From: Candidatus Gastranaerophilaceae bacterium
Lineage (GTDB): Bacteria; Cyanobacteriota; Vampirovibrionia; Gastranaerophilales; Gastranaerophilaceae
Length of the DNA stretch: 30,577 nucleotides
Direction: 5' to 3'
Assembly (NCBI GenBank): GCA_051888595.1
Contig: JBJFBU010000004.1
Span: 1-30,577, forward strand
Shown piece by piece: positions 1 through 8,168 of the stretch; the first letter of the stretch is position 1; the number at the start of each line of letters is the position of its first letter. A program made the translations under genes and the position numbers. The notes beneath the pieces were generated by a model, which did no database searches, had not been told where the DNA came from, and saw only the letters and a list, made by a program, of their open reading frames with translations.

Positions 1-278
1 GTCCACTATATATGAAAGTATATAGAATGAACTCCTTTAATTGCTGGAAGTCCCTTAGAGCATATATGCTACAGCATAAATATGAAATATGATTAAGTGC
101 GAAAGTTGAAAATATATATGATTGGGTAATCAGCAGGGAAGCTCCGAATAGGAGAACCTTCAACGACCATTGACTGAAATGTCAATAGAAACAAGCGTTT
201 CGAAATGGGGAGAACCTAAGTTTTATATTTATAAAATATGGTTAAGATATGGTCTACTCTTGTAAGAAATTTACAAGA
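1..278 (+). ncRNA. Group I ribozyme catalytic core
   Basis: P2 ctatatat-GAAA-gtatatag (6-25). P4 tgctg 42-46 / cagca 131-135. P6a ctcc-gaata-ggag. P7 gacca 165-169 / tggtc 250-254 (compensatory change versus the usual GACTA/TAGTC). Two hairpins between P7 and P3' (attgac..gtcaat; gaaac..gtttc). P3 ctcc../..ggag. P8 aacc..ggtt. P9 tcttgtaa/ttacaaga 258-278. Confidence 0.9.
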
Positions 279-324
279 AAATATATTAACAACTTTATTA
301 ATATTATAAAAAAGGAGGTGTAAT

Positions 325-1263
325 ATGTTAAAAGATACCTTAATTAAAATAGATTTGAATAAAAATCATGCAAGAAATAGGTATAAAAATATGGGATATG
401 ATGTATCAAATGATATAATATATGTCAACGTCAACGACTTACCTAAAAATTCTAAAGAAATAATAAATGTCGTCTGTGATTATTGTGGGAGAGAATACAC
501 TACTACCTACCAAATATATAATATGATAATTAATAAGTCTAACCCAAAATGTGCTTGTTCAGACTGTATTAATATTAAAAAGAGGGAAACAAATATATTA
601 AAATTTTCTACGGAATACGCCTCTCAAAATGAAGAAATTAAATTAAAGGTAAAAAATACTGTATTAAATAAATATGGCGTAGATAATATATCAAAATTGG
701 CTGAAATAAAAAATAAAAAAATAGAAACTTCAATTAGTCATTTTGGGGTTGAATATCCAATGCAAAATAAGGATATATTAAATAAACAGATACAGACTAA
801 CATGACAAAGTATGGATGTCAATATCAAGTATGCAGACTGGATAACAAAGACGAAAGAGTTGCTAATATTAGGAAGTCTTTGTTTAATAATCGCTCTGTA
901 ATTTCTAGTAAGGCACAACGTTATGTCTGTAGTTTGTATAACGGGATTTTAAATTATCCTTTTGACAAGTATAATTTAGATATATTATTGAATGATAACA
1001 TTGTGATAGAATATAATGGTAGTGGACATAATATACCTGTTAAGAGACATATAATGACAGAGGAAGATTTTAATAAAAAGGAAGAAATAAGACATCGTAC
1101 TTTAATTAATAATGGTTTTAAGGTTATATATTTTGATAATTTAAGTGACAAATTACCAGACGATAATACTTTATTGGAAATTAAAAATTATTGTTTACAA
1201 TATCTTCAAAACCATTCTACAATAAGAGTTAATTTAGACGATTATTTAAAAGAAAGTTGTTAA
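325..1263 (+). CDS. Intron-encoded homing endonuclease: N-terminal Zn-binding motif, three short repeats, C-terminal Vsr/DUF559-like (EDxHD-type) nuclease domain
   Basis: Strong RBS aaggaggtg. CDYCG...CACSDC. Repeats TVLNKYGVDNIS / TSISHFGVEYPM / TNMTKYGCQYQV. Nuclease-like LDILL..IVIEYNGSGH..GFKVIYF. Located inside the intron. Confidence 0.8.
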   Translation: MLKDTLIKIDLNKNHARNRYKNMGYDVSNDIIYVNVNDLPKNSKEIINVVCDYCGREYTTTYQIYNMIINKSNPKCACSDCINIKKRETNILKFSTEYASQNEEIKLKVKNTVLNKYGVDNISKLAEIKNKKIETSISHFGVEYPMQNKDILNKQIQTNMTKYGCQYQVCRLDNKDERVANIRKSLFNNRSVISSKAQRYVCSLYNGILNYPFDKYNLDILLNDNIVIEYNGSGHNIPVKRHIMTEEDFNKKEEIRHRTLINNGFKVIYFDNLSDKLPDDNTLLEIKNYCLQYLQNHSTIRVNLDDYLKESC

Positions 1264-1305
1264 TATATCTTATACAAAGTAGCGAATTGTATAAGTAATA
1301 TAAGG

Positions 1306-1452
1306 TTTAAGCATTTTAGTGAAGAGAAAAACTTAAAAGAAAAAAGTGATTATGCGGACAGACTTAGAGAAAAAGCTAGTCAGGATATGGTTAATTATGG
1401 CTTATCCCATACACCTTTTGAAGAATGGGCGGTGGGTAATTATGGATTATAA
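1306..1452 (+). CDS. 3' exon (48 aa, FKHFSEEKNLKEKSDYADRLREKASQDMVNYGLSHTPFEEWAVGNYGL) of an intron-split virion gene, probably a head-tail connector/adaptor; not in the ORF track
   Basis: Open frame with no start codon or RBS, beginning right after the predicted omega-G. Its stop overlaps the next gene's start, as in a coupled operon. The product call rests on position and my recollection of a DFKx(Y/F)S motif in such proteins. Confidence 0.7.
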   Translation, partial: FKHFSEEKNLKEKSDYADRLREKASQDMVNYGLSHTPFEEWAVGNYGL

Positions 1453-1753
1453 AGTTGAACTTAATAAAGAAGATTTAAATAAATATTTAGATAGATTAGT
1501 AAATAAAATATTTGCAATTTTAGGCATATATGAAGATTGTGACGAAAAAAAAACATATGATGATTTTTTTATATATTTAGATAGATTATGTCTTGAAATT
1601 AAAGGATGCCAATATTCTTTAGAAATAGAAAATTTTTTATCTTTGTATAATGTTTTATTAGGTATATCTCGTTCTGAAATAATGGAGCATAAAAAAATCA
1701 AATCATTAGTTTTTTATTGTATTTCTGTTGTAAAAAAAATGAAGGTGGTTTAA
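1442..1753 (+). CDS. Hypothetical protein in the neck region (true start likely ATG 1442, MDYKVELNK, not 1346)
   Basis: SD-like gcggtggg upstream of ATG 1442. The longer 1346 start overlaps the 3' exon in another frame. Confidence 0.75.
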   Translation: MDYKVELNKEDLNKYLDRLVNKIFAILGIYEDCDEKKTYDDFFIYLDRLCLEIKGCQYSLEIENFLSLYNVLLGISRSEIMEHKKIKSLVFYCISVVKKMKVV

Positions 1754-3003
1754 TGGCATATTTTGATAGTTTTATGTCAATTATAAAATCACCAAGAGAA
1801 GTTTATAAACAACAACAACAGGAAGTTATTAATAACTTGTTTGAAAATGCGCCAACTTATTATGAAGATGTTAAAGAAGAAGACAGTTTTGGAACTCTTA
1901 CATTTCACAAAATTAATGTCAGAGTAAATAATTTGGTTGATGCTAAAACAGGACAAAGAGTTAATGATGATTTTAAAAAGCTTATTTTTGAAGATGTAAA
2001 TTATATGCCACCATTAGGGACTAGATATTATTTTAATAATAATATATGGATAGTATTTTCAACTGATAACGTAAAAACCGATACAGCAAGTGTCTATGTT
2101 AGAAGATGTAATAATACTTTAAATACCCAAGATGAGTATGGTAATATTCATCAAGAACCTTGTTATATTGATTATAGTCTCACTGAGACACAAATTTTTA
2201 AAGAATATTCTATTGATATAGCCAGAGGAAGAATAGAAGTTGGTTGTCAACTTAATCAGTATACAAAGAATATAAATATTAATGATAGGTTTATATTTGG
2301 TGATGATGCTTATAAAGTCAGAATCAGAACTAAATTTGATAGGAGAAACACTTTTGATAATAACACAAATATGTTTTTAAAATTGCAATTAGATTATGAT
2401 AATATCGCAGAAGATGATAATTTAGAATTTCAAATTGCAAATTATAAAAATTATAACTATGTTTTTGAAACAGAGACTGAAATTACAGGTATTATAAATA
2501 ATACTGGTAAAATATCGCCAAGAATATTACTAAACGGTACTGTTATGAGTGATTTGAGTGTTATATGGCACACTACTAATGAAAATGTTATTATTATAAA
2601 TGAATCTTCTGGTGAATATAAAATGGTTGGAATAGGAGAATGTGAGATAGTTTGTACTTTATTAGAAAATACTTCGATATCACATTCTATATCTGTAAAG
2701 GTAACTGAACAACCAGAACACGATATTGTTTATAACAAAATATTACCAAATATTAGTTATATTAAATTAAATAGTCAGCAAGAATATGTTGTTAATGAAT
2801 ATACCAACAACAATATCACAGATACTAAATTTGATATTAAATTTTATAATGTACCAAAAAGAAATTACAGTGTTTTAGTTGATGGAAATAAATTTGTAAT
2901 AAAAAATTTAAGAACGACAGAAGAACCTCTTTGTGTAATATGCACTAATTTAAGAGATGACTCAACTGTTGAGTTTTATGTAGAATTGGGGGGATTATTT
3001 TAA
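1753..3003 (+). CDS. Probable head-closure/neck protein with C-terminal Ig-like domain(s) (start likely ATG 1753, MAYFDSF)
   Basis: RBS aaggtggt and TAATG stop/start overlap. Big_2-like segment SVIWHTTNENVIIINESSGEYKMVGIGECEIVCT. Position between connector and tail genes. Confidence 0.6.
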   Translation: MAYFDSFMSIIKSPREVYKQQQQEVINNLFENAPTYYEDVKEEDSFGTLTFHKINVRVNNLVDAKTGQRVNDDFKKLIFEDVNYMPPLGTRYYFNNNIWIVFSTDNVKTDTASVYVRRCNNTLNTQDEYGNIHQEPCYIDYSLTETQIFKEYSIDIARGRIEVGCQLNQYTKNININDRFIFGDDAYKVRIRTKFDRRNTFDNNTNMFLKLQLDYDNIAEDDNLEFQIANYKNYNYVFETETEITGIINNTGKISPRILLNGTVMSDLSVIWHTTNENVIIINESSGEYKMVGIGECEIVCTLLENTSISHSISVKVTEQPEHDIVYNKILPNISYIKLNSQQEYVVNEYTNNNITDTKFDIKFYNVPKRNYSVLVDGNKFVIKNLRTTEEPLCVICTNLRDDSTVEFYVELGGLF

Positions 3004-3620
3004 TGGCGTATTATGAAGAACTAGATGACATACTTAATATAGTAATAGGTGAATATATTCTAAAAAATCAAAATATATGTAAATTGTTATATTATTTTCC
3101 AGAAGAATACTCGTTAAATTATGACCCTTTGAAAGAACCAGATATTCAAGATACAAGTAAATTGCTATTAGAACATATATTTCCTTTACCTAAAAGTCCT
3201 AACACAGAAACAAAACAAAAAGGATTCATGACAGTTGTTTTAACTGGTGGTGATTATGCTAACACATTAAATGGATATAGGACAGTAAATTTAGTATTTG
3301 ATATTGTATTTCATCTAAAAAGTTGGATTATAAAAAATTCCTACAGACCTTATAAAATTCTCGAAGAAATAGATAAAATTTTTAACAATCAGGTTACAAC
3401 ATTACCCATTCAAGGAGTATCTAAATATTATGGATTTACAGTAAAAGATTATTCTAGTGCTTATTATGGTATACAAGTCATTTATGAACTTACACTTAAT
3501 AGCAATATAGAATGTATGCCAACTCCTAAAAATCTAAATTTAAAACCTTCTGAAATTCCAGAAAATGATAAACCTATATTTATTTCTAAAGTATTAGGAA
3601 GAGAAAATAATGGAATTTAA
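3003..3620 (+). CDS. Probable tail terminator/completion protein
   Basis: Coupled TAATG junction. Position two genes upstream of the tail tube. Motif LVFDIVFH..W....YRPYKILEEIDKIFN. Confidence 0.5.
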   Translation: MAYYEELDDILNIVIGEYILKNQNICKLLYYFPEEYSLNYDPLKEPDIQDTSKLLLEHIFPLPKSPNTETKQKGFMTVVLTGGDYANTLNGYRTVNLVFDIVFHLKSWIIKNSYRPYKILEEIDKIFNNQVTTLPIQGVSKYYGFTVKDYSSAYYGIQVIYELTLNSNIECMPTPKNLNLKPSEIPENDKPIFISKVLGRENNGI

Positions 3621-4452
3621 TAATTTAAGCTTACAAAGAAATAAAAAGCCTGTTAAGTTAGGTAACATATCTTTGTTACAACCAACTTTAGCAGAAATTG
3701 ACGATATAGGTTGGGATATTTATCAAAAATATTTATATATCATAATATCTAATTCAAAAGATATTGCAGATATATTATGGTTTGAATATAAGATTTGGTA
3801 TGAAGATATAAAGGACGAATGGGATTTTTTTGTTCAGAAATGTGTATCTGGAACAAAAGAAGTAAAAATAAGAACTATAGATGGAAGAACTGTTGTTGGT
3901 ATAGGTATATTAGATGATTTTAGAGATGCTATAAATTTTTTTCTTCATACAAGTGGAGAGTTTGTTGTTATGGATAAAAAACAAGGTAATAAACAAGAAG
4001 TATATTTGTGTAATGTTACACCTATTGACGATGAAGATAATATATATTTTTTAGATGTAGATAACTTTAAATTAACTTGTGCTTTTTATCACATATTAGT
4101 TGAGTATTTAGAAAAAATAAACTGGATAATTAGAGATTATACGTTTATACATGGTGGGACTAAACGTGCTAAAAAATATATTTTAAAACATGACTATGAA
4201 GAAAGAAAAAAGAAGCCGAAGGAATCAAATATTACTATCGATAGCATTGTTTCATCTATTATTGCTAAATCATGCCCTTATAATGATATTTGGGATTATC
4301 CTATTTATATGATTTATGATTTATATTATAGGCATGTTAAAATAGACGATTGGAAAAATACAATGGATGCACTTCATAATGGTTGTATTGATGTTAAAAA
4401 AACTCCAATTAAATGGGAAGAAATAAATTGGAGTAATGTTATAAAACAATAG
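3610..4452 (+). CDS. Phage morphogenesis protein of unknown function
   Basis: 280-aa ORF overlapping the previous gene, directly upstream of the tail tube gene. Confidence 0.55.
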   Translation: MEFNNLSLQRNKKPVKLGNISLLQPTLAEIDDIGWDIYQKYLYIIISNSKDIADILWFEYKIWYEDIKDEWDFFVQKCVSGTKEVKIRTIDGRTVVGIGILDDFRDAINFFLHTSGEFVVMDKKQGNKQEVYLCNVTPIDDEDNIYFLDVDNFKLTCAFYHILVEYLEKINWIIRDYTFIHGGTKRAKKYILKHDYEERKKKPKESNITIDSIVSSIIAKSCPYNDIWDYPIYMIYDLYYRHVKIDDWKNTMDALHNGCIDVKKTPIKWEEINWSNVIKQ

Positions 4453-4475
4453 AAAAATAGAAGGAGGAAATAAGT

Positions 4476-5279
4476 ATGGTAGCTACACCTAAAAAGTTCG
4501 CCATGCAACAGGTTTTTGAAATGCTTTTAAGAAAACCTACAGACAAGCGTATAATTGCTTATTTAACAGACGTTAAAACTTCTGGACTTGACAACACCGT
4601 TGAAATGGTATATCCTGCTGGTGCTAGAGGTAATGTATATATAGGTGCTGGATTTGCTCATTCAAGAAGAGCTACATTTAATGTAACAACAGCTACATGG
4701 AATACAGAAGTTATGGCATTACAGAATGGTACAGAAATTCAGCAAGACACATCAGAGGTTACATATTATGACCTTATGCAAGTAGAAGCTGATGGAACAC
4801 TTAAGACTAAATTTACTGCTCTTGGTGCTTCTGGTACAGAAATTGGATATGTTTATAAACTTAATGATGATGGTACTCATTCGGCTGAATATGAACAGGA
4901 CACTACAACAAGTACAGGTAAATTTACTTATGCTACGGCCACAAAGACATTTTCATTTGATGAATCTGAAAAGCCTATAGCTGGTGATTATTATGAATGT
5001 GCTTATACATTCAAGCCTGCTGGTAGCCAGAGAATTACACTTAATTCAGATGCAGTTCCTGATGTTGCATTAGTTACAGCGTTTGGTCTTGCAAGAGATA
5101 TCTGTAATGGTGAATTATATCCTGCACAGATTGAAGGTCAGGTTCAGATTGATGGTAACTGGTCATTTGACGTTTCTGCTGATGGCGACCCTGCTGTACA
5201 AAATCTTAATATGGAATTTGTTAAAGGATGTCTTTCTAAGAAACTTTATGACTTCACTGTGTTTACAGAGGAAGAGTAA
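4476..5279 (+). CDS. Major tail tube protein
   Basis: Strong RBS aaggagg. Higher GC and highly-expressed-type codon use. Beta-rich Thr/Gly/Ala composition, about 267 aa. Position ahead of the tape measure and followed by a strong hairpin. Confidence 0.75.
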   Translation: MVATPKKFAMQQVFEMLLRKPTDKRIIAYLTDVKTSGLDNTVEMVYPAGARGNVYIGAGFAHSRRATFNVTTATWNTEVMALQNGTEIQQDTSEVTYYDLMQVEADGTLKTKFTALGASGTEIGYVYKLNDDGTHSAEYEQDTTTSTGKFTYATATKTFSFDESEKPIAGDYYECAYTFKPAGSQRITLNSDAVPDVALVTAFGLARDICNGELYPAQIEGQVQIDGNWSFDVSADGDPAVQNLNMEFVKGCLSKKLYDFTVFTEEE

Positions 5280-5287
5280 ACTATATA

Positions 5288-5325
5288 AATTTTAGATACT
5301 AGGGGTTTCCCTAGTATCTAAAATT
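5288..5325. terminator. Perfect 17-bp inverted repeat after the tail tube gene (terminator or mRNA-stabilising hairpin)
   Basis: aattttagatactaggg-gttt-ccctagtatctaaaatt. No clear U-tract after the stem. Confidence 0.65.
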
Positions 5326-5345
5326 ATGAAATAAAAGGGGGTATT

Positions 5346-7163
5346 ATGATGACTATAACAGCATTATGTATTGTTAAAAATGAAGAAGAAAATATCGAAC
5401 AATCTATTAATAGTTATAAAAATGCTGTTGATGAAATTATAATAGTTGATACTGGCTCTACAGATAATACAAAAGAAATTTGTAAAAATTTAGGGTGTAA
5501 GATTTTTGATTTTGAATGGACAGATGATTTTTCGGAAGCTAGAAATTTTGCATTAAGCAAAGCTACTGGTGATTGGATTTTATTTTTAGATGCTGACGAA
5601 TATTTCTTACATGATTTAGATGAAAATTTTAAAGACTGTCTTATTGAATTAGAAAACAATAATGTTGATATATTAAAAATATTAACTTATAATATAGATA
5701 AAAATACAAACAAACAATTGCATACAAGTTATGGACTTAAAATATTTAAAAACCATAAGAATTTTAAATATAAAAATGCAATTCATGAGGTTTTAGATTA
5801 TCCATGTAATATATTAGGCTCAATCACAAATGAGTTTACTATTGTACATACTGGTTATAGTTCTAACATAATTAGCGAAAAACCAAAGCGAAATTTAAAA
5901 ATATTAAAACAAAAAGAAAAAAATAATAAAGAATCACTTACTACAAGTGATTATTTTTATTTAATGCGAGAATCTTTGTCATTAAATTTATATGAAGAAG
6001 CCAAAAAATACAGAGATATACTTTTTAGCAGAAAGGATTTTTATGATTTTATTCATTTAATGGATATTGGATATTTGTCATATATTTATTCTTATCATAT
6101 TATGTGTAAAGAAAACTTATCATTTGATGAGAAGCTAAATTTTCTATCAGAAGCATTAAATAATGTTGATGTCCCTGAAATTTATTATAATATAGCTATT
6201 CTGTATTTAAAAAAGGATTATAAGAAATCGCACGAATATTTAATTAAAGCAATACAAAAAAATAATGATTTAATAAACACAGAAAGATTTAGTACATATT
6301 GTTCGTATGAACCAAATATATATTATTTATTAGCAAAAATAGAGTTTACAAATAAAGATTACGATAATGCTCTTAGGCATTCTGTTGTATCATGTATGTT
6401 AGACAAACAAAGTACGAATTATTTAGGATTGTTATTAAGAATTTGCTCTAAATTTAAACCTAAAAAAGCTTATAATATATTATTAAAAACTTATAATCCA
6501 AAAACAAAAAATGATTATGAGTTTTTAGTTAATAATCTTGTTAATACCGATTTGTATGAAGTATTTAAAAAAATAGCCATAACTTATAATGTTGAATATG
6601 ACGGTGGCAATGCCGCTGTTTTTATGGCAATGATATTGGATAAACAATACGAAATAGCAACAAAAACAGCATATACTATATATAAAAATACAAATGACAA
6701 TTATTATATATTTATATTAATGATTATATTATTATATGCTGACAAAAAAGAATTATATAATAAATATTATATATGTTTAGATGATACTTACAAAGATATC
6801 ATTAACAGTTTTATTAATAAAGATAATAAAATAACAAAAGAAGAATATCATGTTTATGTTGATATTATGATTAGATTGCTTTATTTAGACTGTGATAGAT
6901 TTATAAAAACTGTTGATATGAATTTGATAAACAATGATGATTTAATGAGGGTAATTATTGTTCTTGAAAGTATAGGTAAATATAAATATATTATTAATAT
7001 AATTGAAAAAATGGAAAATATTAAAGATATAAATATAATAGGATATTATTTAAGTGCTTTGTATTTTACAAATAAAAAAAATAAATTATATAGCGTATAT
7101 AAATATTATATAAATAACGGAATGGATTTAAGTGATTATGAATATTTAATTAATTTAAAATAG
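5346..7163 (+). CDS. GT2-family glycosyltransferase with TPR-like helical C-terminus (architecture of protein/flagellin O-glycosyltransferases)
   Basis: ALCIVKNEEENI..DEIIIVDTGSTDNT..FEWTDDFSEARNFAL..GDWILFLDADE (DxD), then IHE and IVHTGY motifs and TPR-like repeats (PEIYYNIAILY, PNIYYLLAKIEF..DYDNALRH). RBS aaggggg; start may be ATG 5349. Confidence 0.9.
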   Translation: MMTITALCIVKNEEENIEQSINSYKNAVDEIIIVDTGSTDNTKEICKNLGCKIFDFEWTDDFSEARNFALSKATGDWILFLDADEYFLHDLDENFKDCLIELENNNVDILKILTYNIDKNTNKQLHTSYGLKIFKNHKNFKYKNAIHEVLDYPCNILGSITNEFTIVHTGYSSNIISEKPKRNLKILKQKEKNNKESLTTSDYFYLMRESLSLNLYEEAKKYRDILFSRKDFYDFIHLMDIGYLSYIYSYHIMCKENLSFDEKLNFLSEALNNVDVPEIYYNIAILYLKKDYKKSHEYLIKAIQKNNDLINTERFSTYCSYEPNIYYLLAKIEFTNKDYDNALRHSVVSCMLDKQSTNYLGLLLRICSKFKPKKAYNILLKTYNPKTKNDYEFLVNNLVNTDLYEVFKKIAITYNVEYDGGNAAVFMAMILDKQYEIATKTAYTIYKNTNDNYYIFILMIILLYADKKELYNKYYICLDDTYKDIINSFINKDNKITKEEYHVYVDIMIRLLYLDCDRFIKTVDMNLINNDDLMRVIIVLESIGKYKYIINIIEKMENIKDINIIGYYLSALYFTNKKNKLYSVYKYYINNGMDLSDYEYLINLK

Positions 7164-7180
7164 TAAAAGGTGGTGCAATA

Positions 7181-7564
7181 ATGCCAAAGGCTAATAGAAA
7201 ATGTAGAGTATGTGGTCGAGAGTACTATGTCTGTTGTTCTTGTATTAGCATCCATTCATGGAAACATCTTGCCTGTTCCCCAGAATGTTATCGCAAATTA
7301 ATGACACAAGATAAAATTAGTGCAGAACCTTTAGTTATTCAGCACACAGAACAGGAGGAAAATAGGGTGTTACTTAGAGTTAAGACAAAAAATAAAAAGA
7401 CAAGAAATATAATTGGTTATGATATAGAATTAGGCAGATTTGACTGTGATGATAAAACTACGCTAGTTTTCGATGATATTGATGAGTTTATTATTCCGAC
7501 AGATGAAATGAGAAAGATTTCTGAGATTATTAACGAGTGTATTAGCAGTAAAGCCAGTGAATAA
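7181..7564 (+). CDS. Cys-rich putative Zn-binding phage protein
   Basis: CRVCGREYYVCCSC...WKHLACSPEC. RBS aaggtgg. Confidence 0.7.
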   Translation: MPKANRKCRVCGREYYVCCSCISIHSWKHLACSPECYRKLMTQDKISAEPLVIQHTEQEENRVLLRVKTKNKKTRNIIGYDIELGRFDCDDKTTLVFDDIDEFIIPTDEMRKISEIINECISSKASE

Positions 7565-7572
7565 GCCAATTT

Positions 7573-7604
7573 TAAGACTATCAGAAATGATAGTCTTATT
7601 TTTT
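7573..7604 (+). terminator. Rho-independent terminator
   Basis: taagactatca-GAAA-tgatagtctta followed by tttttt. Confidence 0.85.
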
Positions 7605-7703
7605 AAAAAGTGAATGTATAAAATTGCAGTTTTATCCGCAATATTAATGTTCAAAAATTGTATGAAAAATATATAGTTTTTGAATTTAAGAGGTTGTAAA
7701 ACT

Positions 7704-8159
7704 ATGGGTGAAAAAAACAAGAAATATACTATAATTATAGATAATACTATATTAAATAAATATACAGAATATTATTTTCTAAAATATCCCAGACGAAAAA
7801 AAGAGCCAATTTCTAAACCAATTACCCCCTCAATAAATCAATGGATGGTTATGATAAGACCACAAATGAATAAAGTTAAGCAAGATTGGAAAGAATTTAT
7901 AGTATGGGTTGTTGATTTTTATGGATATACTAATGCCAATATACAACATTGTAATATGGAGCTTAACATATATTTTGATACAAAGAGAAGGCACGATAGT
8001 GATAATTATTCACCAAAATTCATAAATGACGGATTGACAGAAAGCGGTATGTTGGTCGATGATGATTTTAATCATATCCATAAATTAACTATATCTGGTA
8101 GTTATGATAAATTAAATCCTAGGATGGAAATAATATTGACAGAAATAGATATAGAATAA
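7704..8159 (+). CDS. rusA: RusA-family Holliday junction resolvase (start likely ATG 7704)
   Basis: RusA catalytic pattern RRHDSDNYSPKFINDGLTESGMLVDDD (D-x-D-N..K...D). RBS gaggt upstream of 7704. Confidence 0.75.
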   Translation: MGEKNKKYTIIIDNTILNKYTEYYFLKYPRRKKEPISKPITPSINQWMVMIRPQMNKVKQDWKEFIVWVVDFYGYTNANIQHCNMELNIYFDTKRRHDSDNYSPKFINDGLTESGMLVDDDFNHIHKLTISGSYDKLNPRMEIILTEIDIE

Positions 8160-8168
8160 GGTGATTGT

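Larger units (their letters stand above)
1..1305 (+). mobile_element. Group I self-splicing intron (probably subgroup IA2) with an ORF in the P9 region; 5' splice site lies just upstream of the window
   Basis: Core elements in the correct order: P aattgctggaag 39-50, Q aatcagcagg 128-137, R ccttcaacgacca 157-169, S aagatatggtct 244-255. A late hairpin cttatacaa/ttgtataag (1269-1277/1287-1295) precedes a terminal G at 1305, which is followed by a start-less protein-like reading frame. Confidence 0.9.

Noticed and set aside
1346-1441. N-terminal extension of ORF 1346..1753 (MIMRTDLEKK...)
   Set aside because: It is an alternate-frame shadow of the intron's 3' exon; the SD-supported start is ATG 1442.
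5346-7163. GT as a DNA-modifying (T4 glucosyltransferase-like) or O-antigen conversion enzyme
   Set aside because: It has a GT2+TPR architecture, no transmembrane segment, no GtrA/GtrB or hydroxymethylase partners, and a late structural location. Not strictly excluded.
7605-7700. dif-like recombination site upstream of rusA (tccgcaatattaatgttcaaa)
   Set aside because: Only a loose resemblance to the XerD arm with no convincing inverted arms; expected by chance in AT-rich DNA.
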